Of a DNA stretch of 64,000 bases, positions 18,001 to 31,084 are shown piece after piece (the stretch's first letter is position 1; each line of letters begins with the position of its first letter). The notes under the pieces were generated by a model. It did not search any database, was not told the DNA's origin, and saw only the letters and a list, made by a program, of their open reading frames with translations. Both the position numbers and the translations under genes were made by a program. Source of the stretch: Eledone cirrhosa (lineage: Eukaryota); assembly GCA_964016885.1 (NCBI GenBank), contig OZ024744.1:99448001-99512000 (forward strand). Reading direction: 5' to 3'.

Positions 18001-21000
18001 ACCAACCCCACTACCAACACCACACCCACTACCACTAACACCACCACCAACACCACTACCAACACCACAGCCACTACCACTAACACCACCACTCACACCA
18101 GTACCACTAACACCACCACCAACACCACAGCCACTACCACTAACACAACCACCAACACCACTATCAACACTACAGCTACTACCACTAACACCACCACCAC
18201 CACCACCACCACTAACATTAACACTACCACCAACACCAATGCCAAAACCACAACCACTACCAATAATACAACCACCAACACCACTACAAACACCACAACC
18301 ACTACCACTAACACCAGCACCAACGCTACAGCCACTACCAACACCACAGCCACTACCATTAACACAACCACTAACACCACTACCACTAACACCACCACCA
18401 ACACCACAGCCACTACCACTAACACCACCACCAACACCACTGCCAACGCCACAGCCACTACCATTAACGACACTACCAACACCACCAACAACACCACTAC
18501 CAATACCATTACCACCACCACTAACACCACCAACACCACAGCCACTACCATTAACACAAATAACACCACCACAGCCACACCACGAACACCACTACCAACA
18601 CCCCAGCCGCTACCACTAACACCACTACCTACTACACTACCACTACCAATAAACCCACCATTAACACCACTACCAACACCACAGCCACTACCACTAACAC
18701 CACTACCAACACCACTACCAACACCACAGCCACTACCATTAACACCACCACCAACACCACTACCAACACCACAGCCACTACCACTAACACCACTACCAAC
18801 ACCACTACCAACACCACAGCCACTACCATTAACACCACCACCAACACCACTACCAACATCACAGCCACTACCACTAACACCACCACCAACACCACCACCA
18901 ACACCACTAACACCACCACTAACACTACTACCAACACCACTACCTACACCACAGCCAGGACCATTAACACCACCACTAAAAGCACTACCATCACCACAGC
19001 CACTACCACTAACACCACCACCAACACCACTACCAACACCACAGCCACTACCACTAACACCACCACCAACACCACTACCAACACCCCAGCCACTACCACT
19101 AACACCACCACCAACACCACTACCAACACCACAGCCACTACCACTAACACCACCACCAACACCACTACCAACACCACAGCCACTACCACTAACACCACCA
19201 CCAACACCACTACCAACACCACAGCCACTACCTCTGACGCCCCCACTAACACCACTACAAACACCACAGACACTACTATTAACACCACCACCAACACCAC
19301 TACCAACACCACTGCCACTACCACCAACACCACTACCAACACCACTACCAACACCACAGCCACTACCACTAACACCACCACCAACCCCACTACCAACACC
19401 ACAGCCACTACAACTAACACCACCACCAACACCACTATCAACACTACAGCTACTACCACAAACACCACCACCACCACCACCACCACTACCTACACCACAG
19501 CCACTACCAACACCACTGCCAAAACCACACCCACTACCACTAACACCACCACCAACACTACTGCCAACGCCACAGCCACTACCATTAACGACACTACCAA
19601 CACCACCACCAACACCACTACCAATACCATTACCACCACCACTAACACCACCAACACCACAGCCACTACCACTACCACTAACACCACCACAGCCACTACC
19701 ACTAACACCACTACCAACACCACTACCAACACCCCAGCCACTACCACTAACACCACCACCAACACCACTACCCACACCACAGCCACTACCACTAACACCA
19801 CCACCAACACCGCTACCAACACCACAGCCACTATCACTAACACCACCACCAACACCACAGCCACTACCACTAACACCACCACCAACACCACTACCCACAC
19901 CACAGCCACTACCACTAACACCACCACCAACACCGCTACCAACACCACAGCCACTATCACTAACACCACCACCCACACCACAGCCACTACCACTAACACC
20001 ACCACCAACACCGCTACCAACACCACAGCCACTATCACTAACACCACCACCAACACCACAGCCACTACCACTAACACCACCACCAACACCGCTACCAACA
20101 CCACAGCCACTATCACTAAAACCACCACCAACACCACAGCCACTACCACTAACACCACCACCAAAACCACTACCCACACCACAGCCACTACCACTAACAC
20201 CACCACCAACACCGCTACCAACACCACAGCCACTATCACTAACACCACCACCCACACCACAGCCACTACCACTAACACCACCACCAACACCACTACCAAC
20301 ACCACAGCCACTACCACTAACACCACCACCAACACCGCTACCAACACCACAGCCACTATCACTAACACCACCACCAACACCACAGCCACTACCACTAACA
20401 CCACCACCAACACCACAGCCACTACCACTAACACCACCACCAACACCACAGCCACTACCACTAACACCACCACTCACACCAGTACCACTAACACCACCAC
20501 CAACACCACTACCAACACCACAGCCACTACCACTAACACCACTACCAACACCACAGTCACTACCACTAACACTACCACCAACACCACTAACAACACCACA
20601 GCCACTACCACTAACACCACCACTAACACCACCACCAACCCCACTACCAACACCACACCCACTACCACTAACACCACCACCAACACCACTACCAACACCA
20701 CAGCCACTACCACTAACACCACCACTCACACCAGTACCACTAACACCACCACCAACACCACAGCCACTACCACTAACACAACCACCAACACCACTATCAA
20801 CACTACAGCTACTACCACTAACACCACCACCACCACCACCACCACTAACATTAACACTACCACCAACACCAATGCCAAAACCACAACCACTACCAATAAT
20901 ACAACCACCAACACCACTACAAACACCACAACCACTACCACTAACACCAGCACCAACGCTACAGCCACTACCAACACCACAGCCACTACCATTAACACAA

Positions 21001-24000
21001 CCACTAACACCACTACCACTAACACCACCACCAACACCACAGCCACTACCACTAACACCACCACCAACACCACTGCCAACGCCACAGCCACTACCATTAA
21101 CGACACTACCAACACCACCACCAACACCACTACCAATACCATTACCACCACCACTAACACCACCAACACCACAGCCACTACCATTAACACAAATAACACC
21201 ACCACAGCCACACCACGAACACCACTACCAACACCCCAGCCGCTACCACTAACAACACCACCAACAGCACAACCAACACCACAGCCACTACCAAGAACAC
21301 CACCACCAACACCACAGCCACTACCACTAACACCACCACCAACACCACAGCCACTACCACTAACACCACCACCAACACCACAGCCACTACCACTAACATC
21401 ACCACCAACACCACAGCCACTATCACTAACACCACCACCAACACCACAGCCACTATCACTAACACCACTACCAACACCACAGCCACTACCACTAACACCA
21501 CCACTCACACCAGTTCCACTAACACCACCACCAACACCACAGCCACTACCACTAACACCACCACCAACACCACAGCCACTACCACTAACACCACCACCAA
21601 CCCCACTACCAACACCACACCCACTACCACTAACACCACCACCAACACCACTACCAACACCACAGCCACTACCACTAACACCACCACCAACTCCACTACC
21701 AACACCACAGCCACTACCACTAACACCACCACTCACACCACTACCACTAACACCACTACCAACACCACAGCCACTACCACTAACACAACCACTCACACCA
21801 GTACCACTAACACCACCACCAACACCACTACCAACACCACAGCCACTACCACTAACACCACCACCAACACCGCTACCAACACCACAGCCACCACCACTAA
21901 CACCACCACTCACACCACTACCACTAACACCACCACCAACACCACTACCAACACCACAACCACTACCACTAACACCACCACTCACACCAGTACCACTAAC
22001 ACCACCACCAACACCACTACCAACACCACAACCACTACCACTAACACCACCACTCACACCAGTACCACTAACACCACCACCAACACCACTACCAACACCA
22101 CAGCCACTACCACTAACACTACCACTAACACCACTACCAACACCACAGTCACTACCACTAACACCACCACCAACACCACTACCAACACCACAGCCACTAC
22201 CATTAACACCACCACCACCAATACCACTACCACTAACACCACTACCAACACCACTACCAACACCGCAGCCACTACCACTAACACCACCACTCACACCACT
22301 ACCAACACCACAGCCACTAACACCACCACCAACACCACTACCAACATCACAGCCACTACCACTAACACCACTACCAACACCACAGTCACTACCACTAACA
22401 CCACCACTAACACCACCACCAACACCACTACCAATACCACAGCCACTACCACTAACACCACCACTCACACCACTACCACTAACACCACCACCAACACCAC
22501 CACCAACACCACTACCAACACCACCAACAGCACAGCCACTACCACTAACACCACTACCAACACCACATCCACTACCACTAAAATCACCACCAACACCACT
22601 ACCAACACCACAGCCACTACCACTAACACCACCACCAACACCACTACCAACACCACAGCCACTACCACTAACACCACCACTCACACCACTACCACTAACA
22701 CCACCACCAACACCACTACCAACACCCCAGCCACTACCATTAACACCACCACCAACACCACTACCTACACCACAGCCACTACCATTAACACCACCACCAA
22801 CACCACTACCAACACCACAGCCACTACCATTAACACCACCACCAACACCACTACCAACACCACAGCCACTACTACTAACACCACCACCAACACCACTACC
22901 AACACCACAGCCACTACCACTAACACCACTACCAAAACCACAGCCACTACCATTAACACCACCACCAACACCACTACCTACACCACAGCCACTACCATTA
23001 ACACCACCACCAACACAACTACCAACACCACTACCACTAACACCACTACCAACACCAGCAACACCACAGCCACTACCACTAACACCACCACCAACACCAC
23101 CACCAACACCACTACCAACACCACAGCCACTACCACTAACACCACCACCAACACCACCAACACCACTACCAACACCACAGCCACCACCACTAACACCACC
23201 ACCAACACCACTACCAACACCACAGCCACTACCACTAACACCACCACCAACACCACCACCAACACCACTACCAACACCACAGCCACTACCACTAACACCA
23301 CCACCAACACCACCAACACCACTACCAACACCACAGCCACCACCACTAACACCACCACCAACACCACTACCAACACCACAGCCACTACCACTAACACCAC
23401 CACCAACACCACAGCCACTACCACTAACACTACCACTAACACCACTACCAACACCACAGCCACTACCACTAACACCACCACCAACACCACTACCAACACC
23501 ACAGCCACTACCACTAACACCACTACCAACACCACTACCAACACCACAGCCACTACCATTAACACCACCACCAACACCACTACCAACACCACTACCACTA
23601 ATACCACCACCAACACCACCAACACCACAGCCACTACCACTAACACCACCACCAACACCACCACCAACACCACTACCAACACCACAGCCACTACCACTAA
23701 CACCACCACCAACACCACCAACACCACTACCAACACCACAGCCACCACCACTAACACCACCACCAACACCACTACCAACACCACAGCCACTACCACTAAC
23801 ACCACCACCAACACCACTACCAACACCACAGCCACTACCACTAATACCACTACCAACACCACAGCCACCACCACCACCAACACCACCAACACCACTACCA
23901 ACACCACAGCCACCACCACTAACACCACCACCAACACCACCACCCACACCACAACCACTAACACCACCACCAACACCACCAACACCACAGCCACTACCAC

Positions 24001-25210
24001 TAACACCACCACCAACACCACTACCAACACCACAGCCACTACCACTAACACCACCACTCACACCACTACCACTAACACCACCACCACCACCACCACCAAC
24101 ACCACAGCCACTACCACTAACACCCCTACCAACACCACTACCAACAGCACTGCCACTACCACTAACACCACCACCAACACCACTACCAACACCACAGCCA
24201 CTACCACTAACACCCCTACCAACACCACTACCAACACCACAGCCACTACCACTAACACCACCACTAACACCACTACCAACACCACAGCCACTACCACTGA
24301 CACCACTACCAACATCACATCCACTACCACTAACACCACCACTCACACCAGTACCACTAACACCACCACCAACACCACTACCAACACCACAGCCACTACC
24401 ACTAACACTACCACTAACACCACTACCACTAACACCACCACCAACACCACTACCAACACCACAGCCACTACCACTAACACTACCACTAACACCACTACCA
24501 CTAACACCACCACCAACACCACTACCAACACCACAGCCACTACCACTAACACTACCCCCAACACCACTATCAACACTACAGCCACTACCACTAACACCAC
24601 CACTAACACCACTACCAACACCACAGCCACTACCACTAACACCAACACCAACCCCACTACCAACACCACAGCCACTACCACTAACACCACCACCAACACC
24701 ACTGCCAACACCACAGCCACTACCACTAACACCAACACCAACCCCACTACCAACAACACAGCCACTACCATTAACACCACCACCAACACCACCACCAACA
24801 CCACTGCCAACACCACAGCCACTACCACTAACACCACCACCAACCCCACTACCAACACCACAGCCACTACCACTAACACCACCACCACCAACACCACTAC
24901 CAACACCACAGCCCCTACCACTAACACCACCACCAACACCACTACCAACACCACTACCAACACCACAGCCACTACCACTAACATCACCACCAACACCACT
25001 ACCAACACCACAGCCACTACCACTAACACCACCACCAACACCACTACCAACACCACAGCCACTACCACTAACACCACCAACACCACCACCAACACCAACA
25101 CCACAGCCACTACCACTAACACCACCACCACCTACACTACCAACACCACAGCCACTTCCACTAACACCACCATCACCAACACCACCAACAACAACAACCA
25201 CAACAACAAC
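1..25210. repeat. Giant C/A-rich low-complexity satellite built from CCA/CTA/ACA/CAG triplets; core unit ~33 bp (accaacaccacagccactaccactaacaccacc) with a 45-bp variant; runs off the window start
   Basis: Continuous degenerate tandem repeat with very little G on the + strand; ends in (CAA)n at ~25188-25210 before unique sequence. Confidence 0.97.
14690..21250. repeat. Higher-order duplication inside the satellite: ~2.63-kb unit present twice, the first copy carrying an internal ~1.3-kb duplication
   Basis: Rare landmarks recur: ccaataaaccc 14714/18646, tctgacgccccc ~15301/19233, aatgccaaaa 16933/18238/20871, cacgaacacc ~18581/21214. Confidence 0.85.
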
Positions 25211-25476
25211 GCGATATTTATTCAACATCATTTGTTATTTATTCTCTCCCATTTCTATCGTTCTTTTTCCTTTTCTATTTTTTTTACTACTTTCTCTTCC
25301 CGAATTAATTAAAGTATTAATTGATATCTCATTTTAAATATCACAATGGATTATAGCCATTACATAGCGGAAGGTATTACTATCTATGGTAGACAACTGT
25401 AATCACTTACCACCAGAGGTACTCGCTGGTCGTATATCTGTCTAGCTGCGAAACCTGAGAATCGTACTCTGGCCAG

Positions 25477-26740
25477 AAATTACAGTCTTGAACGACAAAG
25501 CCTGTGATTGACTGGTGCAATGTAAGTATGTCCTGTCCTGATACCTTACAGCAGAGAATTACAGTCTTGAACGACAAAGCCTGTGATTGACTGGTGCAAT
25601 GTAAGTATGTCCTGTCCTGATACCTTACAGCAGAGAATTACAGTCTTGAACGACAAAGCCTGTGATTGACTGGTGCAACGTAAGTATGTCCTGTCCTGAT
25701 ACCTTACAGCAGAGAATTACAGTCTTGAACGACAAAGCCTGTGATTGACTGGTGCAATGTAAGTATGTCCTGTCCTGATACCTTACAGCAGAGAATTACA
25801 GTCTTGAACGACAAAGCCTGTGATTGACTGGTGCAATGTAAGTATGTCCTGTCCTGATACCTTACAGCAGAGAATTACAGTCTTGAACGACAAAGCCTGT
25901 GATTGACTGGTGCAATATAAGTATGTCCTGTCCTGATACCTTACAGCAGAGAATTACAGTCTTGAACGACAAAGCCTGTGATTGACTGGTGCAATATAAG
26001 TATGTCCTGTCCTGATACCTTACAGCAGAGAATTACAGTCTTGAACGACAAAGCCTGTGATTGACTGGTGCAATATAAGTATGTCCTGTCCTGATACCTT
26101 ACAGCAGAGAATTACAGTCTTGAACGGCAAAGCCTGTGATTGACTGGTGCAACGTAAGTATGTCCTGTCCTGATACCTTACAGCAGAGAATTACAGTCTT
26201 GAACGACAAAGCCTGTGATTGACTGGTGCAATGTAAGTATGTCCTGTCCTGATACCTTACAGCAGAGAATTACAGTCTTGAACGACAAAGCCTGTGATTG
26301 ACTGGTGCAATATAAGTATGTCCTGTCCTGATACCTTACAGCAGAGAATTACAGTCTTGAACGACAAAGCCTGTGATTGACTGGTGCAATGTAAGTATGT
26401 CCTGTCCTGATACCTTACAGCAGAGAATTACAGTCTTGAACTACAAAGCCTGTGATTGTCTGGTGCAATGTAAGTATGTCCTGTCCTGATACCTTACAGC
26501 AGAGAATTACAGTCTTGAACGACAAAGCCTGTGATTGACTGGTGCAATGTAAGTATGTCCTGTCCTGATACCTTACAGCAGAGAATTACAGTCTTGAACG
26601 ACAAAGCCTGTGATTAACTGGTGCAATATAAGTATGTCCTGTCCTGATACCTTACAGCAGAGAATTACAGTCTTGAACGACAAAGCCTGTGATTGACTGG
26701 TGCAATGTAAGTATGTCCTGTCCTGATATCTTACAGCAGA
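25477..26740. repeat. 79-bp tandem array, ~16 near-identical copies
   Basis: Unit gaattacagtcttgaacgacaaagcctgtgattgactggtgcaatgtaagtatgtcctgtcctgataccttacagcaga, period 79 (25556, 25635...); a diverged single copy with the same upstream flank lies at ~26860-27003. Confidence 0.97.
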
Positions 26741-27116
26741 GGTTCCTAAAGTGGGCGCTACAGCCTCCCCTGCATTGAGAAGTTCCAGGGGGCCCTGGGG
26801 CCTAAGGCGGCAATGAAGAATATAGATGGTACAATAGTATATTTAACCCTTAGATCCTTGCTGGTCGTATATCTGGCTAGCTGCGACACCTGGGAATCGT
26901 ACTCAGTCAAATTCTGGCCTGAAATTACAGTCTTGAATTCACAAAACGTGCGTGATTGATTGGTGCAATGTAAATATGTCCAGTCCTGATCACTTACAGC
27001 AGAAGTTCTCAAAGGCAGGTACTGGCCATCCCATGGGGGGGGGGGTTGAGATGTGCCAGGGGTGTGTTGGGGCCTAAGGGGGCAAGAGGGATAGATATGG
27101 TATGATAGTATATTAA

Positions 27117-27342
27117 CCCATTACTATTTAAACCAGCCATATCTATCCAGAATTCTCTCACCACTTTCTGTTCAAACTGGCCGTAAGTGGCTGTTCATAC
27201 TGATGTTGAGGTATTGTTCTCAAAATAAATATCAAAATAAATATCACAATCTCATAGATTCGATGTTATGTGAAATAATTGAGATAAAGCCTTTACCGTG
27301 AAAATACAATAGTAAATATAGAGTAATGTAAATGCTAAAGGG
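27117..27342 (+). mobile_element. piggyBac-type (TTAA) MITE, family copy 1
   Basis: ttaa-cccatta...taaaggg-ttca termini; body clearly homologous to 38179-38408 and, inverted, to 59921-60117. Confidence 0.75.
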
Positions 27343-27524
27343 TTCATTTTCAAATGATACATGTTATATATAAGTATAGTAAAATAAAAAATATATAATA
27401 TTCATTTATACATAGTATATATCAGGCATGTCAAACATGCAGAAAGTGGGCCACACATGGCGCTTTACAAGTACATCTGCGGCGTACACAAAGGTTTTTT
27501 CGGCGCGAGTATGTTTTAGAGTAT

Positions 27525-28840
27525 ATTTAGCTGAATCAATGGCTGAACTAGAGAAGAAATTCCAAACATGGAAGCATGGCCTAGAATCAAAAGGCCTTAA
27601 AATTAACTTATCTAAGACTAAAGTTCTAGTATGTAGGAAGGAAAATAGGGCACAGGTCCCCACTGGGAAATGACCATGCTCAGTGTGTAGGAAAGGAGTA
27701 GGCAGAAACTCCATTTTATGTCCCAAATGCAAAGTATGGGTGCATAAAAGATGTAGTGGGATCACAGGTAAGCTAACTAAGAACATAGATTTTATATGTG
27801 GCCGGTGCTCAGGTGTAATAAGTAGTAGCAAGTGCACACAGAATACTAGCTCATTCCATTGCACAGATGGTTCTATAGAAATAGTGGATAGCTTCCGTTA
27901 CCTGGGTGACAAAATCAGCAGTGGTGCAGGGTGCTCTGAAAGTACAGTAGCTAGAGTCAGAACGGGATGGAAAAAGTTCAGAGAGCTTATACCACTATTG
28001 GCCGCTAAAGGGTTCTCTCTAGAAATGAAAGGCAGGTTGTATGATGCCTGCATACGAACAGCAATGTTACATGGCAGTGAGACCTGGGCATTGTGTGCAG
28101 AGGATATATGCAGACTGGAGAGAAACGAAGCTTACATGCTCCGCTGGATGTGTAATAGTAATATACGTGAACGGCAAAGCATAAACGAACTAAGTGAGAA
28201 ATTAGGAAAATGAGGGATCAGATGTTGTTTACTCGAGAGAAGACTACGTTGGTATGGTCACGTGATGCGCATGAAAGATGACAGCTGTATAAAAAAGTGC
28301 AGGGCGATCAAAATTGATGGTAGTTACGGAGTAGGCAGACCAAAAAAAACCTGGCACGACTTGATAAATCCCAACCTCACACACTTACACCTCTCCAAGA
28401 CAATGTCACTGGACTGAGATCTTTGGCGCTACGCAGTAATACAGAAGACCCGCCTTGCCTAAGTACAAAGCGAAACCTACAGTCAGTAGGTACCTCTTAA
28501 CCAAAATACACCCCCATCCCACTACCCCTACCCCCACCCCCATCTCCACCACCCCTTTTGATGTAAAGTTATGTTGGTACCACAACATCCAGTCCTAAAT
28601 AAAGGTGGCCGTGTAGATAACACGTAAAAACCTCCCAGTCCACACTGTAAACGTGGTTGGTGTTAGGAAGGGCATCCAGCCAAAGAAAACCTGCCAGACA
28701 GTCTCATACGAGCGAGACGACCAATCTTGCCTCAAGTGGGACAATTCCCGTCTAAACCCATGCTAGCGTGGAAGATAGACGTTAAACGATGATGATGGTG
28801 ATGGTGATGATGATGATGATGGTGATGGTGATGATGATGA
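27525..28840 (+). mobile_element. 5'-truncated RTE-clade LINE: C-terminal RT with PHD-like Cys cluster, 3' UTR and (GAT)n tail; pseudogenised
   Basis: LAES...[59 protein letters not shown]; stops at 27671 and 28211; tail ccatgctagcgtggaagatagacgttaaacgatgatg. Confidence 0.92.
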
Positions 28841-29045
28841 AGGTGCATGGCTGAGTGGTTAGAGAATTGGATTCGCAATCGTGAGTTTGTGAGTTCGATT
28901 CCTGGACCGGGTGATGCGTTATGTCCTTGAGCAAGATACTTTATTTCACGTTGCTCCTTCTGTCTGGAGTTGCGACTGATAGAGAGTATTAGCAATTGGA
29001 AAGACCAATGGAAACATTGTTTCCTTAGTCCGATTTGATGAAAGT
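28841..29045 (+). mobile_element. tRNA-derived SINE with CORE-like segment
   Basis: A box tggctgagtggtt, B box gagttcgattcc, then tgtccttgagcaagatacttt; sister copy at 38486-38690. Confidence 0.8.
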
Positions 29046-29119
29046 CGATTGACTGTTGTATGTTTTATCTTCGTAATATAAAATTAAAAAAATTAGTTGT
29101 AATGTGCGCAATTAGTTGT

Positions 29120-30277
29120 CATGTGTGGCCCTCAGACAACACATATGTGACTCATGTGGCCCTCAGACAACACATATGTGACCCATGTGGCCCTCAGACA
29201 ACACATATGTGACCCATGTGGCCCCCAGACAACACATGTGACACATGTGGCCCTCAGACAACACATATGTGACTCATGTGACCCTCAGACAACACATATG
29301 GGATTCATGTGGCCCCCAGACAACACATATGTGACTCATGTGGCCCCGCAGACAACACATATGTGACTCATGTGACCCTCAGACAACACATATGTGACTC
29401 ATGTGGCCCCCAGACAACACATATGTGACCCATGTGACCCTCAGACAACACATATGTGACTCATGTGGACCCCAGACAACACATATGTGACTCATGTGGC
29501 CCCCAGACAACACATATGTGACTCATGTGGCCCCACAGACAACACATATGTGACTCATGTGGCCCCCAGACAACACATGTGACACATGTGGCCCTCAGAC
29601 AACACATATGTGACCCATGTGGCCCTCAGACAACACATATGCGACCCATGTGGCCCCCAGACAACACATGTGACACATGTGGCCCTCAGACAACACATAT
29701 GTGACTCATGTGACCCTCAGACAACACATATGTGACTCATGTGGCCCCCAGACAACACATGTGTGACTCATGTGGCCCCGCAGACAACACATGTGACACA
29801 TGTGGCCCTCAGACAACACATATGTGACTCATGTGACCCTCAGACAACACATATGTGACTCATGTGGCCCCCAGACAACACATATGTGACTCATGTGGCC
29901 CCGCAGACAACACATATGTGACTCATGTGACCCTCAGACAACACATATGTGACTCATGTGGCCCCCAGACAACACATATGTGACCCATGTGACCCTCAGA
30001 CAACACATATGTGACTCATGTGGACCCCAGACAACACATATGTGACTCATGTGGCCCCACAGACAACACATATGTGACTCATGTGGCCCTCAGACAACAC
30101 ATGTGCGACCCATGTGGCCCTCAGACAACACATATGTGACCTATGTGACCCTCAGACAACACATACGTGACCCATGTGGCCCTCAGACAACACATATTTG
30201 ACTCATGTGGCCCTCAGACAACACATATGTGACTCATGTGGCCCCCAGACAACACATATATGACCCATGTGGCCCTC
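29120..30277. repeat. 31-bp minisatellite (~37 copies) in the right subterminal region of the hAT element
   Basis: Unit catgtggccctcagacaacacatatgtgact (29153, 29184...) containing the palindrome cacatatgtg; runs directly into the right TIR. Confidence 0.95.
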
Positions 30278-30316
30278 GGGGCACCCGCAGTTTGACATGC
30301 CTGGTAATATCAGTGA

Positions 30317-30510
30317 ATTGGCAGTATCAGTAGAGGGTTGGACGCCATGCTTTCTAGCATAGTTACGTCCCTTTACGGTTTGAGTTCAAATCCTGTCGAG
30401 GTTAACTTTGCCTTTCATCCTTACGGGGTCGATAAAATAAAGTACCAGTAGTGTACTGGGTAATTGCTGGCCTTGTGCCTAAAGTAGAAACAATTATTTA
30501 TTATATATTA
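30317..30510 (+). mobile_element. tRNA-derived SINE with Nin/Deu-like domain
   Basis: gagttcaaatcc B box followed by gaggttaactttgcctttcatccttacggggtcgataaaataaagtaccag; ATT-rich tail. Confidence 0.8.
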
Positions 30511-30825
30511 TTTCCAATTTGTGTGTAGGCACGCCCCTCTGGAAATAGGGTTGGCAGGCGCTGAGGATATTATGTGGCTGTGAGGGTGGGGTGGAGACCC
30601 AAAAGGTTTGAGAACCTCTGCTTTACACTAATGTCATGTCACTACACCCTTTCAGTTTTGGTGTAGCTTTATCTGTCCCTGATACCTTGCTCTAGTGTCA
30701 TGTCATTACACCCTTTCACCTCGTGTGTGACCTACTACCCCACATGCCTTTCTGGTGTGATAATAATTGGTTTGCATACTCTTCCTCCATGTCAAATCCC
30801 TTCTCTCTCTCTTTCTCCATATGTA

Positions 30826-30972
<147 letters not shown>

Positions 30973-31084
30973 ATGCAATGAAATATCTATGATCGTCGGC
31001 AAATCACTGATGAGGGACTTATTTTATTACATGTTATCCATGTGCAACCTGCAGTATTCTTCTCCCCATTTTTTCACATATATA

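Larger units (their letters stand above)
27423..30303. mobile_element. Non-autonomous hAT (Charlie-like) DNA transposon hosting an RTE LINE, a SINE and a minisatellite
   Basis: Perfect 14-bp TIRs caggcatgtcaaac (27423-27436) and gtttgacatgcctg (30290-30303); flanks gtatatat / gtaatatc are an imperfect TSD. Confidence 0.8.
27000..30620. mobile_element. Probable outer non-autonomous hAT-like element enclosing several nested insertions
   Basis: Left end cagaagttctcaaa (27000; second version cagaggttcctaaa at 26737) versus right end tttgagaacctctg (30607-30620); flanks acttacag/tcttacag versus ctttacac resemble a decayed 8-bp TSD. Confidence 0.5.

Noticed and set aside
1949-25231. Very long minus-strand ORFs (poly-Val/Leu and Gly-Ser-Cys-Val, up to 2394 aa)
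   Set aside because: They are automatic by-products of a triplet repeat lacking stops; frames swap composition mid-ORF, most starts are GTG/TTG, and there is no domain or signal peptide
25477-26740. CRISPR-like appearance of the 79-bp array (also the 31-, 36- and 48-bp arrays)
   Set aside because: No unique spacers, no cas genes, eukaryotic context
26758-27012. 84-aa minus-strand ORF with a vague FN3-like look, and a GTAAGT donor at ~25405
   Set aside because: The paralogous copy at 25410-25550 has a 10-bp frameshifting deletion and the segment behaves as repeat sequence
28841-28915. tRNA gene
   Set aside because: A/B boxes continue into a SINE body with multiple copies; no intact cloverleaf
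31006-31055. CTGATGAG motif at the Penelope 5' end as a hammerhead
   Set aside because: No downstream GAAA core or helix I partner found
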